Assembly: GCF_002105155.1 (NCBI RefSeq)
Contig: NW_019029011.1
Location: forward strand, 372,001-436,000
Direction: 5' to 3'
From: Lobosporangium transversale
Lineage: Eukaryota
DNA: 64,000 nucleotides
Part shown: positions 54,762-64,000 of the stretch, in pieces
Position numbering within the stretch: the first letter of the stretch is position 1
How the letters are laid out: every line of letters starts with the position of its first letter
Made by a program: the position numbers and the translations under genes
Notes under the pieces: generated by a model
Database searches by the model: none
Told to the model about the DNA's origin: nothing
What the model saw: only the letters and a program-made list of their open reading frames with translations

Positions 54762-55757
54762 TTAGTTCTGAAGATCGTTGTTCGAGCCGCTACCAGGTAC
54801 AATCCGCATCATCCCAAAGCCTTGTTGCAACTGAGGGGTTCCATTCGCTCCATTCCCACCACTCATATCGAGACCGCTCCCTGTATTGTTAGTACCACTG
54901 TTAACAGTCTGCATGTTAAGAGCCTTGCCCTGAAGCTGCGCCTCTAATTCCTGATTCCTGTTTGATTGAGAGGCTACCAATTGCTGAAGATGGCGAATAT
55001 AGTCAACTGACTTGCGGAGGATTACACCTTTGTTAGGCTTATTGGCAGAGTCGATATAGCAATCCGGCAACAATGTAGAAAGCTCTTGGATCTTTTCATT
55101 GATATTGTCGCGTCGACGTCTCTCGACTAAATATCAGATATCATACAAGAGAATCAGAAGCCAAATATAGTGATGTTAAAATCAATAGTAAAATAATAAA
55201 TAAAAAAGATAAAATAAAATAACGGGTGGATAAATAGGAGAAGTCTTGTAGCGTACCTGCATTATGACTCTCACGGCGTCGTCGCCTCTTCTCATTCAAA
55301 AGTACAGCACGGTTATTGGTCCTACATAATAATGAATCAATCAAGAGCAAGAAAAAAAAAAAAAAGTTAGTGAAGATATACATGTAAAAAGGGAGCGTGT
55401 AAAGGAGTTTTTTTTCCCACCCAGATCATTTCCCACTGTTTCAATGGACCACAGCGGCCGCATCTGAATCTTTCTGCTCGATTTGAGAGCGCCATCAAAA
55501 ACTCACACGCACACAGAAAAAATCCTCAGAGATGGTTGTTGTCTCGAAGACAAGTCAAAGAGCAACCATGACTCTTTGGGCAATTTGGCAAACACAAAGA
55601 ATTCGAAGCTAGGCAGATTACGGATCAAGTAATGCAAATGTTCCCTTCGCCACCTTTTTTTTTCTTTTTTTGCAAGATGCTCCTGTTTACCCTCATGGTA
55701 TTTTCAATCTGTTTCTCATAGACATCTCTTTTTCTAAAACGCACATGCTTCGGAACA

Positions 55758-55792
<35 letters not shown>

Positions 55793-56715
55793 TACTTTGG
55801 ATCGCTCCCTTCTTCGAAAAGGCTATCCATCATAGTCATCTCCCCGGGCGCAAAATGCAGTCCCGATGGAGTTTCATACGACCCCACGGAGTGACCATCG
55901 GCCCCCATACCACCAAACCAGTCAGATCGCTGGACGGGCATTGACATGCTGTGGAAGGGGTTGGCAGGAAGTGAGTTTGGATGCATAGGACGACCAAACT
56001 TCATATCCAGACCACGGGTCTTGGGCAAGCTAAAGTCGCCATCTGGGAAGAAATCAGACTCTAGTCCAGGGGAATATAACGAGCCAGCTCTTGGTGATTC
56101 ACCATAGGATCCAGGTTGGATGTTGAGAGGAACAGGCTTGGTAAATGAGCTTGTACCGTTATTGTTAAGGTTGGAGGTAGCGAAATCATCTGCGCCATCA
56201 AAGTCGTTTAGAGGTGAGTTGAGAGGCGAGCTAGAACCGGGTGAGAGCATGTTGCCTGGTTCACCAAAGTCCATTTCTGAGGTCAAATAGTCGGGAGAAA
56301 CAGTCTCCTTCTTAATCGTTGGGTTGCCTGCCGCAGCAGTGCCAAGACCAATGCCATTGCCCAAATTTCCAAGACCATTGCCACGCGCGAGTAAGGCTTG
56401 GTTTGAGAGAAGGGAAGGAGTCGTACTTGTGGATTGCGGTGGGAAGAGTGAGTTCATATTCTGGAGTTGTGACATATCCATACGATTCATAGACAACTGC
56501 AAGAGACCGGGGTCAATAGTTCCTGCAAAAGAATTGTTAGGAGTAGAGGTGTTGTTGATGCTCTGATGATTTGCAAAAGACATGGGAACTGGTACAGCCA
56601 TTGGATGTGTCTGTGTCTGTGTCTGTGTCTGTTGTTGTTGCTGTTGTTGCTGAAGATGATAGTTAGTAGGGAACTGCAGCTTTGGTTGTTGTTGTGTAGT
56701 CTGTTGTCCAAACAT
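54762..56715 (-). CDS. bHLH-Zip transcription factor (Rtg3/MiT-TFE-like), 3 exons
   Basis: The spliced bHLH reads KRRRRRESHNAVERRRRDNINEKIQELSTLLP..KPNKGVILRKSVDYIRHLQ. Q/S/P-rich N-terminus. Confidence 0.88.
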
Positions 56716-59483
56716 GGGTTTACAGTAGCTGTCGTTGTCGTAGAAGTAGGTCGTTGCCGTTAGTTTTGTCAGACTGTGATTGATGCTGTGACAGAAGAAG
56801 AAGTGGTGCTGGTGATAGTAATGACGGTAATTGTTAATAGCAGTTGTAGCAGTTGTAGCAGTTGTAGCGGTTGAAGCGGTTGGGGAGGTAAAAGAATGAG
56901 ATGAATGACAGAAATAAAGGAAGGAAGGTTTAAAAAGATTTCAAAGAATGAAAATGTGGAATGAACAGAAAGATGGAAAGATGGGGATAAAAAAAATGAA
57001 CCCCTCCAAAACCATACCAATCAAAGCGTATTTGACGATGAATTTTGCCAAATGTATCACCATAATAAATTGTAACCGATACAATCGGGCAGACTTCCCA
57101 TGCTGCCCTTTTTTACATTCACTCCATTGCATGTTGTAGTATATCCTTTTTCATTATTTAGTCCACATTCTGAGAGTAGACCATCATCCTATCGACTGGT
57201 ACAATCGAACCATCGAAAATAAAATAAATAAAAAAAATAGAAAAATAAAAATAAAAAGGGGGGAGGCTGGCAACTAAAACAGAAGAAATCCATTCAGCAC
57301 AGGGGCTGGATCTGGAAGTGTGCTGTCGCTCTTCTGTTACCGCCCTGCTCTTCGTCGTTCGCATGCATAAACATGGATATGGAATATGGATTGTGTACAA
57401 GGTAATTTGCATATCGGATACAGCAAGGAAAAAAGAATCTAATGGTCTTTTTTTTTTGTATCATCAAAGATCCATCAGGAAAAAAAAAAAAAAAAAAAAA
57501 AAAACGTGGAGTTTGTGTGGCCCACATTCTTTCTATCTGTTGCCCCTTTCTTACGTTACAGTTAGATCTCAGGGGAGAGAGAAGGGCTTATTTTTCTGTT
57601 ACTGTTCTCGGGTACCACAGCCTTGACGCGTTGAGGCGATGCCATGTTGACCATGTGGCTCACACTTTACACTTCAACGCCAGCACCTCCCTTATGCAAC
57701 CCCGCTTGTGTCCATGTCCATGTCCATGTTTGTTAGCCCATAGAATTGCCATGTGCGAATGAACAACCACAATGATATATTTAAATATACTCGAAAACAA
57801 AGTACAAATCGAAATGTCTTACCGCATGTAAGGTGTGGTAGCTGTTTTGTGCATGTGTACAAGCATAATGTCGTCATTATCCGGATTTTTCTTTTGGATC
57901 GATCGATCTTTGTAAGCGTATGCTCCTTTGCCTAGCGGAACCAGCTCTTCCGTCTCCTGTATAATCTTTTCAAAAAAAAATAAAAATAAAATAAAATAAA
58001 ATAAAAATAAAAAAGATATTAAACAATCTCATCTCAGACTGGAGTGATGTTTTACACATTAGTCTGGTGTAGGCCGAGGGACAAAAATCAGTATGACTAA
58101 ATGCATTCATTCATTTGACTATTGAATGACAAAAGAAGCCAACACGAACGCCATGAACCCTTTCGAGAAAGAAGATGAAGGAAAATATATAAAATCCAAG
58201 GTTTGATGCTGCGCTGCCAGAAGTCTAAAAAAGAAAAAAGGATATTTTACTGTTGCACCAGTTTTTATTGTGATCATGACTCCTATTCCAGCAACTCTTC
58301 TGGAATGTAAAAATTGCTGTGGATCAACATATTTACGCGTTCGTTCAATCATTCAATAAATAGATGAGGCATTTTCAGAAAGGACAACTAAGGCATGCAG
58401 GAGTAACCGGACGTTACTGTAGTACAACTCTATCAAAATGAATATCCATCTGTAGTCAATATTGGCCAAAATATTGGTCAAAAAAAAAAAAAAAAAAAAC
58501 CTCTGTACTGAGTTTTGATAGGGTCAGCGCTGGCATCCTAATCTGAGATAGGTAAAGGGCTGGTTAGTGACTTTGTTGAGCCTTGGCTCTACTCTCCTAA
58601 CTGTATGCAACATACACATCGTTGATGTTAGGTATGCATCAGCAGGTGCAACGATATGGCACCAATAAGTTTACATTAAAAACAAATATAAAAAGAAAGT
58701 TTGTCGACTCACCATCCCCTATAGAAAGATGGTACATGGTAATATATATATACACAACACCAACGGAAGCAGATGCATTAACTTTTGACCATCTCCCTAT
58801 CCGCAAGCGTGAGCTTTGTTATATGACAGTGGGATCTGCGGGCGCATCCTCATCCAAGAGAAGTTCCGTAGACCACTAACCCAGCTTTATTGCCGTCATA
58901 ATTGGAGTTTTCAAGATTGTTGGACACATCATAAACATCCCACCTGCAGTCGTACCAAAGTCAAAGTGGAGATGGATTCCCAGTAAGGAGGTAAGTATGG
59001 TCATGACAAGGCCATCCTCAATCAACGCGTAAAAGGTGTAGGTTCTGGGCGTATTTCCTGAAAAATAATGTACTACAAGATATTTTATTACTGTCCCTGC
59101 GCAGAAGAGTTTATTGTTGTATGTTTGCCAGATGCTCTTTTTTTGATTGTTTGTTGTCACTCAACATGATGACAAATCCAGGGCTCTCGGCATTTTCTTT
59201 TCTCCACATGCGCTTGCGCGCGCAGGCTCGTTCAAAGCAGCGCTTGCCTCGTTCAGAGCATCGAATAGAGGGAATCGCATGGACAACATTATTGGGCCGT
59301 GATGTGGTACAGAACAGAGGCAAAGTTATCCAATAGTTTTGGATTTCACTTCGATCACTCACTTCTTCAACTCGTCGAAGTGACAATCGAAGAGACCACT
59401 GAAGAGTCATCACGCTCGAGTATTCACAAACAGTGAGAAGTGAGAAAAATAAAAAAGACTGCGCGTATCTTCACTTTGCAAAA

Positions 59484-60213
59484 ATGAGTCTCATTCGACA
59501 ACACAACAATCCAACCACTACCAAGCGCGATCTTAGAGATAAGGATCAACAATCCTTGCCTATTATTACCGAGCAGCGCGTCTCTCTCTCTCACACCCTC
59601 CTCATCCAACTCTTGGTCACCATCCAATTTATATTCAATACAAGACCTACGCCTCCTGAGTCAATATCATCCAAGCCAACGGTATTTGCAGCAAATTGTC
59701 TTTCAGGCCCAGTATAACCCACATTCGACACGTGTCGTCTCAGCTATTCCATCTTCCATACCTGTATCTCGCAGTACACTACACGGACGAGTGTCAGCGC
59801 CACCTCACCTTTACCTTCACCTTCACCTCTGGCTCCTTGACCAATCGTCATGTCGCGTGAACTCTAGCCTAATATCACTTCTGGCTCATCCAACAGAAAA
59901 CGAAAGATAGAGGAAACCGAAGAGACGACGACCAAATAAGGTAGTAAACCAAAGAGCTTTTAGACAGATGAAGGGGTGGATACGCTTATTGACCGGATAC
60001 CAGTTTATGACAACTGGCAGAGACTTGGCCCTGAAGCAACAATGGGAGATTGAACAGAAGAACATAAGACTTATGAGAGCACCGCCAAGGGTCACAGGAT
60101 TTGAGAAAATGAAAGATAACTGGGAAGATGCGCGTATGAAGTTAATATTCGAGGTTGCAGAACCTAGGGCCAAACTTCAATGCTTTGAAAAAAAAATAAC
60201 ATTAATAAATTAA
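59484..60213 (+). pseudogene. Disrupted copy of the arm gene (Harbinger accessory-ORF-like)
   Basis: Homologous to the 187-codon ORF 61880-62443, but with frameshifts and stops at 59715, 59838 and 59865. Confidence 0.6.
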
Positions 60214-60561
60214 TCAATTGTTTCAACTAAAAACTTCGAGCAGTTTGCCATTCTAATAGTGCATCTCTTTTCTTGACCCCTTGATCTCTACTTGAGTCAG
60301 CCATGAGGTTGTCTTTTCTTTTTTTTTCTTTTTTTTCTTTCTATAGTGAAACGCGCAGTGTAGCCTTTTTTATTTTTATTTTTATTTTTTTCCTCTAATG
60401 AACTACGTGTAGGGTTTATTTGGCCAACAAATATTAATAGTAGTTCGCGGTTTGATCATGGCGAAGTGGTTCAAGGACCTATAAATACAGATCTATCTCT
60501 CCAGCATCTCTCCATCACATTCACTCCAAGCATTCTTCTCTATAAACATCATGCCATCATC

Positions 60562-60592
<31 letters not shown>

Positions 60593-61500
60593 GTCGCGTT
60601 GTAACAAAGTTGAGTTTGGTATGATGGCCATCCACATCCATCTTATTCAACCTTTGATCCATCGTAGCATTATTCCCGCCTTGTAGAAGGACAGTCGGGA
60701 AGAGGAGAGTGTCTTCAATGTTATCGCTATGTCCTTGAGATGGAAGAAGAGGGAGGAGAGGAGGAGGAGGAGGAGAGAGGAGGTGGGGGAGGGGGGAGGT
60801 TACAGTACGGTTTGAAGCTCGTTGTCACGCGTGGTATCGACTATCTCGACCCTCATGGTAAAAATCAAAGGTTATAATAGAACAGCAGTTGTTCTGTAAT
60901 AGTGGTGCAGTCCGCGCCAAAATCACAAACAAATATATTTTTAAAATACTCAATTTAAATTGAAATACCTTTTGGCGAAGTCGAATTCCACCGATGCCGT
61001 TTTTGGTTAGTCCACACGGCGATGGACTGTGCACAGATATTTACTACAAAATATCACTTCATACCATGGACCATGCCTCGACGATTCCCCTCAACTCTGC
61101 AAGAACTGCCAGGCCAGAACCTCAATCAAGTTGAACCAGATATACAAGCCATTCCTCCCCTGTCGTTGCGGCCGAAAACAACGTGGATAGCAATAGTAAC
61201 GGCATTGCTGTTCCATTACAACCTTTGATTTTTACCATGAGGGTCGAGATAGTCGATACCACGCGTGACAACGAGCTTCAAACCGTACTGCAACCTCCCC
61301 CCTCCCCCACCTCCTCTCTCCTCCTCCTCCTCCTCTCCTCCCTCTTCTTCCATCTCAAGGACATAGCGATAACATTGAAGACACTCTCCTCTTCCCGACT
61401 GTCCTTCTACAAGGCGGGAATAATGCTACGATGGATCAAAGGTTGAATAAGATGGATGTGGATGGCCATCATACCAAACTCAACTTTGTTACAACGCGAC

Positions 61501-61531
<31 letters not shown>

Positions 61532-61879
61532 GATGATGGCATGATGTTTATAGAGAAGAATGCTTGGAGTGAATGTGATGGAGAGATGCTGGAGAGATAG
61601 ATCTGTATTTATAGGTCCTTGAACCACTTCGCCATGATCAAACCGCGAACTACTATTAATATTTGTTGGCCAAATAAACCCTACACGTAGTTCATTAGAG
61701 GAAAAAAATAAAAATAAAAATAAAAAAGGCTACACTGCGCGTTTCACTATAGAAAGAAAAAAAAGAAAAAAAAAGAAAAGACAACCTCATGGCTGACTCA
61801 AGTAGAGATCAAGGGGTCAAGAAAAGAGATGCACTATTAGAATGGCAAACTGCTCGAAGTTTTTAGTTGAAACAATTGA

Positions 61880-62443
61880 TTAATTTATTAATGTTATTTT
61901 TTTTTCAAAGCATTGAAGTTTGGCCCTAGGTTCTGCAACCTCGAATATTAACTTCATACGCGCATCTTCCCAGCTATCTTTCATTTTCTCAAATGTTGTG
62001 ACCTTTTGACGGTGCTCTTCTTCGGTTTCCTCTATCTTTCGTTTTCTGTTGGATGAGCCAGAAGCGGCATTAGGCTGGATTTCACGCGACATGACAATTG
62101 GTCGAGGACCCAAGAGTGGAGAAGGCGAAGGTGAAGGTGAGATGGCTGTGTAGTGTACTGCGGGTTCGATGCGGGAATGGAAGATGGAATAGCTTAAACT
62201 ACACGCGTCAAATGTGGGTTGTACTGGCCCTGAAAGGCAATTTGCTGCAAATACTGTTGGTTTGGATGATGATATTGATTCAGGAGGTGTAGGCCTTGAT
62301 AGCATTGAGTATAAATTGGATGGTGACCAGGAGTTGGATGAGGAGAGTGAGGAAGAGAGGCATGCTACTCGGAAGTAATACGCAAGGATCATTGATCGCG
62401 CTTGGTAGTGTTTGGATTGTTGTGTTGTTGAAGGGGGATTCAC
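61880..62443 (-). CDS. S/P-rich ORF with an NRKRK NLS-like motif and a C-terminal coiled coil; likely transposon accessory gene or relic
   Basis: Open for 187 codons, with GTG where the left copy has ATG. The C-terminus WEDARMKLIFEVAEPRAKL resembles WEGTRVQIMCENATLKEKL of ORF 63755-64000. Confidence 0.45.
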   Translation of the reverse strand: MNPPSTTQQSKHYQARSMILAYYFRVACLSSSLSSSNSWSPSNLYSMLSRPTPPESISSSKPTVFAANCLSGPVQPTFDACSLSYSIFHSRIEPAVHYTAISPSPSPSPLLGPRPIVMSREIQPNAASGSSNRKRKIEETEEEHRQKVTTFEKMKDSWEDARMKLIFEVAEPRAKLQCFEKKITLIN

Positions 62444-62699
62444 TTTTACGAAGTGAAGACGCGCGCCACTGTTTGTGTGGATACTCGATTGTTACTTCGA
62501 TGAGTCGAAGAAGTGAGTGATCGAAGTGAAATCCAAATTATGCAAAAGTATTGGACAGCTTAGTTGCTTTTGTACCACATCACGACCCAATAACATTTTC
62601 TATGCAATCCCCTCAATTCGATGCTGAACGAGGCTCAGACTGAACGAAGATGGACGGATGGATGCGTTGTGGCCACACTCATCTTTTCTTTTCTTTTTT

Positions 62700-63726
62700 T
62701 TTCACTTGTTGCGCCAGCAGTCCCTATTATACCAAGAATACGAGTAACACACAAAAAGCGCCTTATTAGCGCTGTTGCGGAGGAGTTCATTGCAATTTGT
62801 GCTTACGCAAATCTGGAGATCGAAGAACATCTTCGTCAGCTAACAACTTTTTGCGCATATGTGTATATAAAAATACACGTTATTTGAGAAAGACGACGCG
62901 TATTCCTTTCTCGAGGGATATGGACAGGGTGTTCGAAGAATACCAATCACATAACTTCAACGGGTGCCTTCGACTCATCCACCCCTAACTCGATTGCTTG
63001 ATGGGCTTGATAAGCCAGAGCCGCTTCTTCCAGGAGAACCAGTCCGATATTCGTACCCATCCCGGATACACTTGGCGCAACTAATGGTGTTCCTTTTCCT
63101 TTTCAATGAGCGCCGTCGCATGATCCCATATCTTGGGTGACTCGAAAATGCACCTTTGCGATGGGGGCAACAGCTGTTTACGACCATCGTGGAAATTTTA
63201 CTTTCTTTGCTACTGGATATATAGGGTCTATGCACGACTCTACTGCATACAAGGCTAGCAGGCTTTACGGGGAGCCTCACCGGTATTTTGAGGATGGCGG
63301 ATATCTGCTTGCTGATACAGCTTAATCCCAACATTGATCCCACGATACAAGAATGCCACAGGTGATCAATACAGGTTCAATGCTCTCCATGGTTCTGCTC
63401 GTAGCATTATTGAGAATGTTTTGAATGTTGAAGAGCAAGTTCCCATCTCTTCAGTCGCTTCCCTTCAAGATCGTAAAAAAAAAGATATCAAGAAGATCTC
63501 CTTGCTTGCGCTATATTGTACAACTTCACACAGCTCGATAGGGTCAATAGCATGGACGGGGGCGATGTTGTGGATTTCAATATCGAAGATTTAGAGCCTT
63601 ATGAAGAACTAGATGAGGTGTAGGATGAGAGTCCACGAAGGACTTGAAGGAATTAACAGGAGAAACGATCTCATGGCATTGGTTTTGGAAAATAGAAATA
63701 ATAGAAACAGAAGTCGGGCTAATTAA
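62700..63726 (+). mobile_element. PIF/Harbinger (DDE_Tnp_4-like) transposase pseudogene
   Basis: Fragments across frames: IPDTLGATNG (first D changed to N), AVYDHRGNFTFFATGYIGSMHDSTAY, YLLADTA*, PRYK..QYRFNALHGSARSIIENVF, ACAILYNF and GINRRNDL. Multiple stops and frameshifts. Confidence 0.85.
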
Positions 63727-63754
63727 AATTTATTCTTGTTCAAGAAAACAGGAC

Positions 63755-64000
63755 TCATTTGCTTTGAAGCAGCTTTTCCTTCAAAGTTGCATTCTCACAC
63801 ATGATTTGCACTCGCGTGCCCTCCCACTGTTCCTTCTTGATTTCCCATTGAGCCTTTTTGTCTTCCCACTGGGCACATCGATCTTGAAATCGCTTTTCCT
63901 CTTCAGTCTTTTTGGCTTCCCATTGGGCACATCGATCTTGAAATCGCTTTTCCTCTTCAATCTTCCTGACTTCCCACAAGGCCTTTGCGTTGTCAAATCT
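63755..64000 (-). CDS. 3' end of a coiled-coil ORF convergent with the transposase (probable Harbinger second ORF; truncated by the window edge)
   Basis: Its stop lies 28 bp from the transposase stop. It contains the 18-aa repeat EEKRFQDRCAQWE. Two-ORF organisation is typical of PIF/Harbinger. Confidence 0.5.
   Translation of the reverse strand, partial: RFDNAKALWEVRKIEEEKRFQDRCAQWEAKKTEEEKRFQDRCAQWEDKKAQWEIKKEQWEGTRVQIMCENATLKEKLLQSK

Larger units (their letters stand above)
59227..62653. repeat. Large inverted repeat: arms ~59227-60888 and ~61205-62653, spacer ~315 bp
   Basis: By hand alignment, 60120-60873 is the reverse complement of 61220-61973 with one mismatch. The outer arms align at roughly 80% with indels. 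Confidence 0.95.

Noticed and set aside
58119..59160. Short ORFs left of the palindrome
   Set aside because: They are fragmentary with stops, and I recognised no family or consistent splice model.
61132..61137. Programmed stop-codon readthrough in the spacer ORF
   Set aside because: The context is TGA-ACC, not the TGA-CTA readthrough motif. A CGA>TGA mutation is simpler.

Overview
Intron-rich, AT-rich fungal nuclear DNA. The proteins and the many 27-33 nt poly(dA:dT) tracts suggest an early-diverging Mortierellaceae-like fungus; this is inference and no species is proven. Positions 2.8-56.7 kb hold 16 spliceable, mostly housekeeping genes: SCAMP, GNL1-like GTPase, a multi-pass membrane protein, TTC1, STE12, MSH6, two tandem acid sphingomyelinases, DNA ligase I, RMD1, a GNAT acetyltransferase, HUT1, a YbiA-like NADAR protein, a thioredoxin-fold protein lacking CxxC, a Slt2-type MAPK, an MBOAT acyltransferase and a bHLH factor. 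I checked their exon junctions by hand for frame continuity. The most unusual part is 59.2-64 kb. It is a ~3.4 kb palindrome whose inner ~750 bp arms are almost identical while the outer arms are only ~80% similar. It carries two copies of a gene resembling the Harbinger accessory ORF and two convergent TATA+ATG units, and it abuts a decayed PIF/Harbinger transposase with its convergent partner ORF. It is a candidate natural hairpin-RNA transposon-silencer locus, although an assembly contribution cannot be excluded from sequence alone. No rRNA, tRNA or CRISPR array was found.
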